Positions 30,611-45,673 of a DNA stretch of 64,000 nucleotides are shown here, piece by piece. Positions within the stretch are counted from its first letter, which is position 1. The number at the start of each line of letters is the position of its first letter. The notes under the pieces are model-generated. The model was not told the origin of the DNA and ran no database searches. It worked only from the letters and a program-made list of their open reading frames with translations. The stretch is from the human T2T-CHM13v2.0 reference genome, Homo sapiens. The stretch lies in assembly GCF_009914755.1 (NCBI RefSeq), contig NC_060925.1; one strand, written 5' to 3'. Position numbers and translations under genes: made by a program.

Positions 30611-31879
30611 AGGTATAACTCTGGGTAAGTAGGGAAAAATGAGGAGTAAGATGAGAGAAGAATGCATAAACTTCAGTTAATTAAGGTGAATTTTTAAAAA
30701 AAAATTTAAAAATTTGTAAATGAAAAGTTAACTTAAAAAATTTTAAATTCTTAAAAAAAATCTGGTGAAAAAGTACGACAAAGCTAGGACATGGGTACTT
30801 TAGTGCTCACTTTATTCTTCTCTATAGTCTTCTGACTGCTTGAATAGTCTATAACAAAATATGTTTAACCAAAATGAATGGTAAATAATAACTTAGTCAA
30901 CATTTTCAGCAGAAAAGATCAAACGAGTTTATACAATTGATAATAGAAAGCAGTACCATACACAAACACAAAATTAACAATAAGAAATTATGCTAGTATT
31001 ATAAATAAACCCATGGGAAAATGTACAAATTCCAGCTTTTTAGTAATTTTTCATCCAAAAAATACCTGTTGAATGCTAATAAGTCCAGCCATTATTCTAG
31101 ACTCTGGGAAGACAGCAGTGAACAATACAGCTCTCATATTAATACACTGAACTTATATTCTAAAAGGCAGAGACAGCCAACAAAAATATAAACAAATAAA
31201 AAAGATGCTGATAAATGCTATGAAAACAAAATGGATGACGTGACAGAGATGAGGGAGGGAGAAAAGATACTTTAGATTGGGTGTTCTAAGACTCTCTGAG
31301 AAGACACCCGTCCTGAGAAGTACATAATGAAAAATCCTTCAAAAAGCTAAGGAAAGAGGAGACCAGGCAAGTGCAGAAATCCTGACATGAGAACAAACAT
31401 AATCCATTTGAGGAACAGAAAGATGAAAGTGCCTAGACTGCAGGGAATGAGGGGGTGAGTATGAGACAAGATTAAAAAGGCAGACAAGGAAACCCAGGGG
31501 TCAATCCAGGTTTTAACGGAATTTTAAAGCTTATAAAATTGGGGGAACAGCCCTCTTCAAAAAAAAAAAGGAACATAAAACTATAAAAACAAATTTAGGT
31601 CCTAAATTGAATATTTATTCAGAATAAGAAAGGAAACGACATCAAATTACAAATTTTTAGAAACTGCCAATCACATAAAAAAGTACTAAATTAGAGTCTG
31701 GCCCCTCCGAGTTCTGGCACCAGGCAAGCTCACATCCACAGCCGGTGCACCAGCATCTCCCTCATGCCGGGTGATACTGCCAGGTCTCCAGGCACCACAA
31801 TCTCCCTCACGCTGGACACTGCTCTCTGGGCACCACCATAGCCCTCATGCTGCACATGCTCTTGGTCCACGCACAGTAG

Positions 31880-32507
<628 letters not shown>

Positions 32508-35500
32508 CCACCTCAATTTTATAATATAATTTTCTACACAGAGAACACAGAAAATAGTTGTCTTTTGTTTACAATAGAGAATCAACGTTTTTTTTTTACT
32601 ACTTATAGTTTAGAACTAAAGTTTCAGCTTCACAACTATTGGTGATGCTATGTAAATGTCTCAAATTACTGAATTTGTGAAAACCTCTCATGTTTCTTTC
32701 ACATGTGAGTTACAAGAAGATTATTTTTAAAAACTTGCAAAAAGTCAATCTTGGTTTCTCGTCCATTACCCACAGTCTTCCAGTGTTGGCTAGATGTGTC
32801 GTAGGATGCGTTCATATTGCTATGCAAACCTTCGGCCAAGCACCCTATAACCATGCCAGCTGCACTGCCAGAGTGCACAGCCATCAAATTCCTGGAAGGT
32901 ATTCTTACATGGAGTCAGCTAGCAACAGCTAAACTTTAAAATGACTGCAGGTCACAGAAACATATCCCACTCATCTTCTCCTTAGGACTCCAGAACTGCT
33001 TTTGTCCATCCCAACACAGCCTGAAAGGATAGGGTGTGTGACAGGAAAGAAGACAAAGTGGAAAAGTACAGTGGCCTTAACCAATTTAGTCCAGCTTCAG
33101 AAAGATACTCTGCAAGTGAGAAAGGCCTATGCTTTATGAGCTTCAAGGTAAATACCTCTGTCCAGATCATTCTGAGCCTTAAAGATCATCAAGAACAGTT
33201 AGGATTTTTTCTTCTTCATGAGACAAGAAACCAGTGGAGGGTTTTAATCAAGGGATCTGAACTATGTTTTGTTAACAAAAACACAAGGGAAATGCACTGA
33301 CCTAAGGTTATCCTCTAACCCTGATCAAAAAGAGGTATTCAAGCACAAAGCAGAACAAAGTTATGCTTCCATCTCCTGAAAATCTGTGTTTCCTCTTTTT
33401 CCTTATCTCTGGATTATAGATATACACAAATCCAGTCATCCCATAATTTTCCCAAAGACTTCTAATTGAAAATAGAAGTAAAAATTTCTCAACCTACAAG
33501 TTTGTAAAAAAAGAATAGCAGTCTTTAAAAGCAGGATAGTCAGTTATTTAAGTGTTGTTCTACAGCTATTTTAGGAATGGTGGTATTGTTGTTCCTAGCT
33601 GTGCAGCCCCAATCTTAATAGCCTGGCCTTTCCATCAGCTCAAGAAACCACAAATATCTTCAATTAATTCTGTTTATACTTAAATTAGCAAAAGTTAACT
33701 AGTAAGTTCATTTCTACTAACAATTAAGAGCTCTGAATCCAACAAATAAGTATGTAATAAGCAAATAAAAGTAAACCAGTCAATCATGAAACTTGAAGTT
33801 ATTAAAAGCACGGGGTGGGGGGGTGCGCGGTGGAGATGGTAAAAATGATTAGAAGCTGTTGAACCAGAAATGCTGGAGGGTGATGGCATTCCTCAGCCCT
33901 TCCTACTCACCCACAGGTCTCTTGTTCTGCCCTTCCATCCATGTTTGGGGAGAAGGGTCAAGAGAGAAGCACACAGTAGCTTCTCACTACATAAAGTCAG
34001 CTCTGCTACTGACATGCTAAAAAAGCTGTGAAGAAAAGGAAATTAAAGAAGGCAAAAAAAAGAAGAGGCCCATGTAAGAACTGACCTGAGAACACAGTGT
34101 GTATTCTAACAAGCACAGAAGAGCATAATACAGATACAAAGTTTAAAATGTAGGAGTGGGAAACACAGAATAAAAGGACTGTAGGATTAGGTTAATCTAG
34201 AAAACCTTGGTCCCAGAGTGGTTGGTGTGGAATAACTGCCAGTCATCATCTCATCCATAAGTAAGATCTTTGTAGCTAAATCATAAAGGCAACGACAAAG
34301 TGAATTTACATTTTTCAAATCCAATTACACACGTGAAACTTTAACCTAGTAAGACAACATTTCAATGAGAAGCTAAAACAATTGTAAAAATTTTGATCTA
34401 GAAAAATATCTGATAAAGGTAAAAATAAATGTTACCCATGCACATTTTTTTAAATTAACTAGATCTACAAGGCTTGTTATGAAAAACTAGTCCCAGCTCC
34501 CTCTCCAATATTTCCTTTTCCCAAAAGCTTTCTTTATTCAGTGACTGCCAGTTGAGGAAATTTGAGATATAGCTGTTTCCTGGTCCTGGCATCCTCCACA
34601 CTTCCCACCCCCGATGTCTCAACACAATCCTAACTTTGGTTAGATCAATATTTGAGGCTTATGTCATTATAACTACATAGGGTATTCAGAGCTGAACCAA
34701 GCAGTAAACAATAATTACTTTTCTTTTCCTGCATAACATTTTGTTTCCCTTGCAATTAATAATTTGTTTCTCATTTCTTTAGTTTTCTACATACTTATCT
34801 ACTATATATTTATCCCAATTCACCCCAGACTCTCCAGTCTGACAAAGCTCCTTTGAGTATACCAATTTGCCTCAGGTTTCTATGAATTTCATCTTCTGGA
34901 AGAAGTCTCTCCCTGTCTTCAGACTTGCTACCATCTGGACTGAGGAACCTAGGCCAGGTACACAGCTACTGTCCTAGGTGTTCCTCCCACTCCTCTCCTA
35001 CATTAATCTTCTTCCTAAAAACACCACTGCCACTCTCTTCCCCACCTCCATTCCCCTCAGATCCCACCACAGAAGTTTCATGAGAAAAAAAATAGTGTGT
35101 CGACAAAGCTTGGAAAACCTTGCAACATACAGTCGCTTTCTGGAATTCCCTAATGTATGCATTTGAGAACCCTATTCTAAAAAAAAACTTTCAATTTTGA
35201 TTAATCCAGGTATCTCTGAAACTTAATCAGAGACAATAATCTATTTTTGAGGAATACCTACCTGCTAATGATGTACACTTTGGGAAATGGTACATGGATG
35301 GTAAGCTACTTGAAGGCAGGGAATATAGCTTATTATACTTTGCAAACTCATGACATCTAACATGGAACAAAACATAGGAAAAAAACATGCTGAAACAAAC
35401 ACAGGTTTATATAATAGTAGATGTCATGTATCTTGGTCATATTCTAAAAGCTATTCCGAAATACCAATGATCATCCTAGGTATATTATAACAACTCTATA

Positions 35501-35677
35501 TACATTTCATAGAATTTCCACTATAAATTCATTATGTGTGAGTGCAGCTATCCCTGGGTATTCGTGGGGGGGACTGATTCCGGGACCCACTAAGGATACT
35601 AAAATCCACAGATATTCAAGTCTCTTATATCAAATGGTATAGTATTTGCATATAACCTACACACATTATCCTGTATA

Positions 35678-38285
35678 CAGGCATACCTCGAGACATTGCA
35701 CGTTCTGTTCCAGACCACCACAATAAAGTGAGTAACACAAATTTTTTGGATTCCCAGTTCATATGACAGTTATGTTTACACTATACTATAGTCTTCTGTG
35801 TAACAGCATTATGATTTTAAAATGCACATACCTTAATTAAGGATCATCTGAGCCTTCAGCAAGTCATAAACTTTTTGCTGGTAGAAGGTCTTGCCTTGAT
35901 GGCTGCTGACTGATTGGGGTGGCAGTTGCTGAAGGTTAGAGTGGCTGTGGCAATTTCTTAAAATGAGACAATAAAGTTTGCCACATCAATTGACTCTTCC
36001 TTATGAAATATATCTCTGTAACGTGTCATACTATTTATCCACAGTAAAACTTTCTTCAAAATTTGAGTTAATCCTCTCACATCATGCCATTGCTGTATCA
36101 ATTAAGTTTATGTAATATTCTAAATCCTTTTGTTGTCATTTCAACAATGTTCACAGCATCTTCTCAAGGAGTAGAATCCATCTCAAGAAACCACCTACTT
36201 TGCTCATCCATAAGAAGCAATGCCTGGCCAGGGGTGGTAGCTCACACCTGTATTCCCAGCACTCTGGGAGGCCAAAGCAGGAGGATCGCCTGAAGCGAGG
36301 AGTTCGAAAACAGCCTGGGCAAGAAAGCAAGACCCTGTCTGTACAAAAGATAATTTTTTTAAAAAATTAGCCAGGCACAGTGGTGTGTGACTGTGGTCCT
36401 AGCTACTTAGAAGGCTGAGAAGGGAGGATCGCTTTAGCCAGGGAGTTCAAGGCTGCAGTGAGCTAGGATCGTGCCACTGTATTCTGCTCCAGCCTAACAG
36501 AATGAGACTTTGTCTTTAAAAAAATCTTTTTAATAAACAGATAAAAAACAGCAACTCCTCATCCATTAATGTTTTATCATAATACTGCAACAATTCAGTT
36601 CCATCTTCAGGCTCCACTGCTAATTCTAGTTCTCTTGCTATTTCTACCACATCTGCAGTTACTTTCTTCTTTGAAGTCTTGAATCCCTCAAAGTCATCCA
36701 TGAGGGTTGAAATTCAACTTTTTCCAAACTCTTGTTAATGCTGATATTCTGACCTCCTCCCATGATTCATGAATGTTCTTAATGGCATCTAGAATGGTGA
36801 GTCCTTTCCGGAAAGTTTTTCACTGACTTTGCTCAGGGCCATCAGAGGAATTGCTACCTATGGCAGCAGCCATACCCTTAGAAAATGTATTTCTTAAATA
36901 ATAAGACTTGAAAGTTGAAATTAGTCCTTGATACCTGGGCTGCAGAATAAATGTTGTGTTAGCAGGCATGAAAACAACATTCATCTCCTTGTCCATCTCT
37001 ATCAGAGCTCTTGGGTGACCAGGTCCACTGTCAATGAGCAGTAATATTTTGAAAGGAATCTTTCTGAGCAGTAGGTCTCCACAGTAAGCTTAAAATAGTA
37101 AACCATGCTATGAACAGATGTGCTGGCTTCCAGGCTCTCTTTTTCCACTGATAGAGCACAGGCAGAATACAGATTTACCATAATTCTTAAGGGTCCTAGG
37201 ATTTTTGGAATGGTAAAGGAGCACTGACTTCAACTTAAAGTCACCAGCTGCATTAGCTACGACCAAGAAAGTCACTGTCCTTTGAAGCTTTGAAGGCAGG
37301 CATTGACTTCTCTCTCTAGCTATGAAGTCCTGGATAACATCTTCTTCACCAAATAGAAGAGTGTTTTGTCTACACTGAAAATCTATTGTTTAGTGTAACC
37401 ACCTTCATCAGTGATCTTCGCTAGATCTTCTGGATAAATTGTTGCAGCTTCTACATCAACATTGATTGCTTCACTTTGCATTTTTATGTTACGGAGACGG
37501 CTTCTTTCCTTAAACCTCATGAATCAACCTCTGTTAGCTTCTAACTTTTCTTCTGCAGCTTTCTCATCTCTCTTCATAGAATTAAAGAGAGTTAGGGCCT
37601 GCCTCTGGATTAGGCTTTGGTTTAGGGAAATGTTGTGGCTGGTTTGATCTACCCAGACCACTCAAACTTTCTCCTTATCAGCAATACGGCTGTTTCGCTT
37701 TCTTATCATTCATGGGTTCACTGGAATAGCACTTTTCATTTCCTTCAAGAAATTTCCCTTTGCATTCACTTGGCTCAAGAGGACTAGCTTTTTGCCTGTC
37801 TTGGCTTTCAACATAGCTTCCTCACTATGCTTCATCATTTCTAGCTTTTCATTTCCAGAGAGACGTGTGATTGTTCCTTTCACTTGAACATGTAGAGGCC
37901 ATTTTAGGGTTACTGACTGGACTAATTTCAATATTGTTGTGTCTCAGGAGTGAGAGAGACAGGGGTACAGCCAGTTGCTGGATCATTAAGAACATACACA
38001 TTTATTAAGTTCATCACCTCACATGGGTAATGGTTCGTGGTGCCCCAAAACAATTACAACAGTAACATCAAAGATCACTGATCATAGGTCACCATAACCG
38101 GTATAATAATAACGAAAAAGTTGAAATACTGCAAGAATTACCCAAAATGTGACACAGAGGCACAACATAAGCACATGCTCTTGGAAAAATGGCACTGATA
38201 GACTGGCTCGACTCAAGGTTGCCACAAATCTTCAATTTGTAAGAAATGCAGTATTAGCAAAGTGCAATAAAACAAGCTAGGCCTG
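35678..38285 (-). mobile_element. Near full-length Tigger1 with decayed transposase
   Basis: Termini caggcatacc... / ...aggcctg flanked by TA; minus-strand ORFs 37710-37931 (KLEMMKHSEEAMLKAKTG) and 36516-36701 (MDDFEGFKTS...IARELELAVEPED) are Tigger1 transposase pieces. Confidence 0.92.
36226..36545 (+). mobile_element. AluJ inserted in Tigger1
   Basis: Dimer with J-type right arm; flanks agaagcaatgcct / acagcaactcct. Confidence 0.92.
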
Positions 38286-40369
38286 TACTTTAAATCATCT
38301 CTAGATTATTTAAAACACCTAATACAATGTAGATACTATATAAATAGTCACACTGTATTGTTTAGGGGAAAATAAGGGGAAAAAGTCTATGCATGTTCAG
38401 TATGAACGTAACCATTCTTTTTTTTTTTCTCAAGTATTTTTGACACACAGTTGATAGAACCACAGATGCAGAACCCACGATGGGTATGAGAGGCGAACTG
38501 CATACCTATTATCTCAACTCCACTCCACTGGATAGAACATACTTCTCTTTGCTTCCAAAATTAAGTCCATCCTCAAAAACGCAATACGCCTAAAAACAAC
38601 TCTGATTCATTATACCTTTAAACAACAGATTACTCAAACCAGAGCATTAAGTAAAATGGTTTTGTAAAAACTGTAAATATATGACACTAATAATTCAACA
38701 TGTATATCACAGTATGAGTGCATATACTTTATGTTAATGAACAGAATTTAAATGAGACGAAGGATAAATGGTGAAGAAATCTTGCCCCCTTCCCTCGTCA
38801 ACAATTCAGGCAAACCTAAATAAGAGGAGTCACTTATTCCAGTCCCCTTCTCTCAATAAGGAGGAGAGGAAGAGAAACATTCTGCCCCTGGGCGGCATAA
38901 AGAACAAACTGTGCTCCTGCAAGCTTCATTCAGTAGCTCTGGACCAAATGAATCAACATGTTTATCTGCTAATACAGCTGAGCTCATTTTAAAGTGTTAT
39001 GCACTTAAAAGGAAACAAACTTTTTAAAAAACAAAACTAGTAAAAATTAGAAAGTTTTTGTTGTTTTAGCAAATTTAGTTAGGTTTATGAAGACCAAAAA
39101 TTAACAGAATAAATCTTCTATTTTGTCAAAATGTTTATTCTCAACTGAAGAAGATTTAAGGAAACTCAGGCTCAAAAACATTTGATCTAGGGGTCAAGGA
39201 CAGTCTGACTTCTTAGTTCTGCCAGCAGTTTTTTAAAGCTGCTTCCTGTACTAGGGAACGTTCACTGTTCTTGCACAAACAATAATAAAAGTCATTTATA
39301 CAAACACCTTGGTTATTCTTTCCTTTTAAATTCACTGGTAATAACAAAGGCTACCATCATGATTCTAATAAACATTTTGAGCTTTTACCATTAAATTTCT
39401 ATTAATTTATTATTTGTGGGGAAACAATTTATTCACTTACTCAAAAATATGTCTCCAATGCTGCCAATCATGTGCCCGACATTATAGATAAAAGTCAGCA
39501 AAAGAGATACAGTCACTGCCCTCCCAGAGCTTCCAGTTTTGCTGACAAGATATTATGGAATTATACATCTATATATATAACCCGGACTATGAAAAGGGAA
39601 AAATATACCATGAAAGCAAACAACATGATCTGGCCCTGGGGGTCAGAGGATTCCTTTGGCAGTGATAATTAAGCTGAGATTAGCCTTACAATCACTAAAC
39701 ATGATTTGAAACACACACATTCCAAATCATCCTAGGAGTAGGAATGCTTACAGCTACATGGGGGAGGGGAGAAGAGTTTATAGGAGCCAAGGTAAAATCC
39801 ATGACTTTAAAAATAAAGGTGAGAGCTTCATGTGTACAACACCAAGAGATCACTTATCTCTGTAGGAAGAAAAGCAATGGCCATTCCTAGCATACTTTCA
39901 CTCAAAAACAGGTTTCGTAGCTAGAACTATTTTCCAATAATAAAGCCTAACATCAGCTATCAATCTAATAATCTCCAATCATCTCAAGTCCTCCAAACAC
40001 ATTAAAATGAATTTATAACAGTAAATGTATCACAAGCCTCAACACCCCGTATAAACCCAGTAATGAAAAAAGATGTCTTAAGCTTCACATATCACAGGTC
40101 ATCTAATGTCAGAACAGAAACAAACTTCTAGAAATCATCTTGTAATAAAACACTTTTCACTGTGCAAATCAGGAGTAACACCCGAAGTGAAGCAGCAGCA
40201 CTTACAATGTCACACATCTAGTTCAGAGTAGAACAGGAGGCTAGAGCATGGACTGCCTGAGTCCACTCTCTATGCTTTTTCTACCAGCATACAGCAGCAA
40301 ATACATGACAAGAAACACACGTTGCAAATAAATAAGGCAGAATTTTAAGACACAAATTGCATTTCAAAA

Positions 40370-40515
40370 TTTTTATTTTAAAATTTTTTTTACATATTTT
40401 TAGGGACAGGGTCTCACTATGTTGCCCAGGCTAGTCTTAAACTCCTGGCACAAGCAGTCCTCCCTCCTCAGCCTCCCAAAGTATTGGGATTACAGGCACA
40501 AGCCACCGTGCGTAA
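40370..40515 (-). mobile_element. FLAM / Alu left monomer
   Basis: gacagggtctcactatgttgcccaggct...gattacaggcacaagccacc. Confidence 0.85.
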
Positions 40516-40620
40516 CTCAAAATTTTTATACATTTTCAACTGACCCACACATGCTGCAGGCTCTAGAAAACAAATGCTCCCTCTTACCACATACCACAGA
40601 AGAGTAAAACTGAAAACAAC

Positions 40621-40922
40621 AGCTGGGCACAGTAGCTCACACCTATAATCCCACATGCTATGGGAGGCTGAAGTGAGAGGATCTCTTGAGGCCAGGGGTT
40701 CAAGACCAGCCTGGGCAACACAGTGAAACCCTGTATCTATAAAAAAATAAAATTAGCCAGACACAATGGTGCACACCTGTAGCCCTAGCTCCTCAGGAGG
40801 CTTAGAAGGGAGGATCCTTTGAGCCCAGGAGATCAAGGCTGCAGTGAGCTATAATCGCACCACTGCACTCTGCACTCCAGCCTCAACAACAGAGCAAAAC
40901 TGTCTCAAAAAAAAAAAAAAAA
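40621..40922 (+). mobile_element. AluJ
   Basis: Full dimer with poly-A. Confidence 0.93.
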
Positions 40923-41163
40923 GGGTGAAGAAAACCGACTATTTATTGACTCCCTAGGGTCTAGGAGCTCGACTGAGTGGCTCATCTACTTTAACATCCA
41001 TTAATCATCACAACTACCCTCTGATTAGATATTATTCTCATTCTACTGAGACCCAGAAACATTAGAAATTTACTTATGGTTACATAGCAGAAAAATGGTA
41101 GAAGTAGGACTTGAATTCAAGTCTAAATCTAAATCCATGTAGCCATTTTACCATTAAAAAGCA

Positions 41164-41466
41164 TTTTTTCTTTTTTTGAGACAGGGTCTCATTCTGTCAC
41201 CCAGGGTACAGTGCAGTAGCACGATCATGGCTCAGCTCACTGCAGCCTCAACCTCCCAGGCGTAGGTGATCCTCTCGCTTCAGCCTCCCAATTAGCTGGG
41301 ACTACAGGCGCAAGCCACCATGCCCACCTAATTTTTCTGTATTTTTTGTAGAGATGAGGTTTCACCATGTTGCCCAGGCTGGTCTCAAACTTCTGGACTC
41401 AAGCTATTCATCTACCTTGGCCTCCCAAAGTGCTGGGATTACAGGCATAAGCCACTGTACCCAGCT
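41164..41466 (-). mobile_element. AluJ
   Basis: Full dimer with poly-T. Confidence 0.93.
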
Positions 41467-42550
41467 AGTGTTTCTTCATTAAAAAATACTATACAATGTG
41501 ATTAGGTTTCCCTGGGAACTTACAAATGCCCATTTAATTGCTAATGAAACATATTTTAAAGTTTGGTCTAGGATAACTGCCATTTATAACATTATATCAA
41601 AAAGAACTACCAAGTTTTAAACAACTACTTTACAAACAAAATTTGGAACATATTCTTAAGTTAAATGTTATTCATATTTTCTTTTATAACATTCTTTTCA
41701 ACCCTGCTGTCAGTGCCACCAGAAATGGGTGTTATCTACTCCTATGAAATGTTGGCTCAGACACAAGAAGAAGAGTATAATGCATGACTGCTTAAGAGAA
41801 CCATAAAAATACAAGAACTACATTTTAATCATTCTGATTTCTCCATTGGTGGACAGCCCATTAACAGCTTCAACTGGGAGAGAGCATACTGCTCAAAAAT
41901 AAGAACCCAGCAGTCCAAATAGAGCAAAGCACATCATTAATTAAAAGAATACCAGTTTTTGCACAACTACCCACACCATAGGACTTTCTGCTTTCTCAGC
42001 TCTGCTAAATTCTGTTACCACTCACGCACCAGGTTCTCAGCTTCCAATATTTAGTTGACGTTGTTTGCCTGCTGTCATCTCTCATCTCGTTCTCTTTACC
42101 CTCATGGATTTCTGCTTTTATATGTGTTCACTATCATTTAAGTGGGGAAGGAAATACATGTCTTCTCTGATAATACTGGAGATTTTTAAAGTTTTCTTTT
42201 GATCCCTTATGGTATCTGTTTTCTCCCAGTGTTCCAAGTATCACTCCCTCTCCACCTCTCTATGTCTACTTTTTTTTTTTTTTAATGTTGGAGTCTTCCC
42301 CCAGATGACCAATGGTGTTAGATTGTTTGCTCATATTTAAGAATAAGCCCCTGAAAAGAACTAACTGAAAGATCTGTGTGGGAAAACAGGGCTTAACGAC
42401 TGGTAGAATTCACTTAAGGTACTCTCAGCAGAAAGCCTATCAGTATCTGAAGATGCTGTTATCTTCAGTCTTCCACAGGAGAAGGATAGGACAGGCTTGA
42501 CTGTGCAGTTCTGGAAGGAGAGCAGAGGAAGAGAGCTAACACTTCTATAG

Positions 42551-42902
<352 letters not shown>

Positions 42903-43880
42903 GATCTCCTTGTTTTAAACCAAGCAACAATCCACGGCCCCTGGTTTCAAAGTCCAGACAGCTCTTCATTAATTTTGCAAAGAATAAACCTTGTTCTCCT
43001 GAGGCCAGGGAGTTGGTAGTGAAGGGACTCACCCATCCACAAGGGCACATAGGGAGAAAATCGTAGGGGTCCACCTGTCAGTGTACACAGATTTTCCGAC
43101 CAGCTCCCCTGTTTTCAGCTCCATTTCTGACCCCTATCTTCCTTAGTATCTGGTGCCTCCAAATGCTGAGACTCTTGGGAGCTTCGGACAAACACAGTAC
43201 TGCATTTCTTACAGGTATTTTTGTGCACTTACAGGTACTGTGTGATTCCTCTGCAAAGTCAGTCACTACCTGTCCATCTGCTTATTTGAAAGAGGTATAG
43301 CAGCTTCTGTCTCCTGTTGTAACCTCTCCCAGTCTCTGATTTCTTTCTTCCATTTAGGCAGGGATTAGGAAACAAGAAGAGATGTACAGGTGTAGCCAAT
43401 CTGTCACTTTTGGTCAGAAGCCCTGAGAGAGCTCTTTTGAAATCAGCTATCTCAGGATACTGACTTAAGGACTAAATTAGTATTTCTCAAAGTCCGATCA
43501 CAGACTTGCATTAGAATCCACAAGGATGCTTGTCCACACAGCAGTCTGGGTGATTTTTGCTTTTGCTGTTACATGGAAATCAGATTAAGTCACTCCCCCA
43601 CTTAAAACTTCCTAATAAGCAGCTTCTCACTCCACTTAAAAGCCAAGGTCTTTCAAAGCCTAAAATAATACGGCCAATGTATGTCTATCTCTGATCCCAT
43701 TTAATACCATTCTTTCCAGGCACTTTTCTCTACTATTAATATATTCTGACAACACTGGCCTAGACCACCAACCAGTTTATTGCTATCTCAGGGCCTTTGC
43801 ACATGTTCTTTCCTCTGCTTGTAACGTTCTTCTTCTAGTTCTTGCATGGCCCCTTCTCATTTTTCAGATCTCAGTTCAAA

Positions 43881-44315
43881 GGTGGACAGACAAAATGTGG
43901 TACATCCATATTATGGAGTGTTATTTAGCCTTAAGAAGGAAGGAGATGCGGACATGTGCCACAGCATGGATGAACCTGGAAAACACTACGCTAAGTGAAA
44001 TAAGCCAGTCACACAAATACTGTACGATCCACTTACATGAGGCACTAAAGCAGTCAAATTTAAGAAGGCAGAAAGAATGGTTGTTGTTAGGGGCTGAGAG
44101 GAGAGAGAAAATAAAAAATTACTGTTTAATGGCTGCAGAGTTTCAGTTTCACAACATGAAAAAAGTTCTGGAGGCAGATGGTGGTGAATGGTTGCAAAAC
44201 AATGTGCATGTACTTGATGTCGCTGAAACGTGCACTTACAAATGGTTAAAATGGTAAATTTTATGTTATATATATTTTACTACAACCTAAAAAATACTTT
44301 TTTAAAAAAAAAAGC
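43881..44315 (+). mobile_element. L1MB 3' end inserted in an L2 fragment
   Basis: caaaatgtggtacatccata...catggatgaacctgga...aaatggttaaaatggtaaattttatgttatatatattttac, then A-tail. Confidence 0.85.
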
Positions 44316-44990
44316 AAGATAAAAAATAAGAGTTATCTCTTCAAAAGACACCTCCCAAGATCACTCTATGCAAAGCTCTCTCTCTCCTTTCCCCTGCCAG
44401 GTAATTATCTGGCACATATCATGGTATACTTTCTTCACAGAACTTAGCACTATATAAAATTATCCTGTTTGTTTATTATCTCTCCGCCAGTTACAGAGTA
44501 GGCACCTGGGATGTCTTCTAACACTACCTACACAATATGGTAATAAATATATAATAGGAAGACACTCAATACACATTTGGTGGCTAAATGAATTAACTGT
44601 CTTCTAGGTCTCAACCCAGATCTACTAAATGAGAATCTTGGGATTCTCAGACATTGCTTTATTGGGAGAGAAAACTTGCTATTTATGACCCAAATAGCAC
44701 CTCCCAATCCCAACAGCTAGTTAGGACAATTTGACACAAATGACCTTTAAAATAGATATTCTCTGTTCTTACCACAGAATATGTGCTTTTGATTGGAGGG
44801 TTAAACAGTGGGGAAGGTATAGATGAAAGAGGAGTTTCTAACATTTTCATAAAGGAATGCCTGATAACATGACAATATAGTTCCTTTAATTATTCTTAAA
44901 TGATTAAGCATGTATAACTATCAGAAGAGCTTCTACATAATCAAATAGATCACTAAACTTCTTTATGAAGTAATTCAAAAGTTAGGATAA

Positions 44991-45338
<348 letters not shown>

Positions 45339-45339
45339 C

Positions 45340-45520
45340 TTTTTTTTTTTTTTTTTTTAAGACAGGGTCTCACTGTGTCACCCAGACTGGAGTGCTGCAG
45401 TGGCATGACCACTGCTCACTGCAGCCTGACCTCCTGGACTCAAGCGATCCTCCCACCTCAGCCTCCTGATCTCCCACATAGCTGGGACTACAGGCATGCA
45501 CCACTACACCTGGCTAATTT

Positions 45521-45551
<31 letters not shown>

Positions 45552-45673
45552 TTTTGTAGAGATGTGGTCTCGCTATGTTACAGGCTGGTCTCAAACTCCT
45601 GGGCTCAAGCAATCTGCCTGCCTCAGCCTCCCAAAGTGCTGGGATCATAGGCATGAGACTTTGTGCCAGGCCT
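45340..45673 (-). mobile_element. AluJ
   Basis: Poly-T, gacagggtctcac..., expanded middle T tract. Confidence 0.92.

Larger units (their letters stand above)
35545..38500 (+). mobile_element. MER2 (TcMar-Tigger MITE) split by Tigger1
   Basis: Left cagctatccctgggtattcgtgggg...tatttgcatataacctac; right tactttaaatcatctctagatta...gatgcagaaccc...gcgaactg. Confidence 0.85.

Noticed and set aside
36516-37931. Transposase ORFs as a domesticated TIGD-type gene
   Set aside because: Fragmented by stops, frameshifts and an Alu insertion
38883-38897. CTCF-like motif gccgcccaggggca on the minus strand
   Set aside because: One base short of the core spacing, so it cannot be supported without ChIP data
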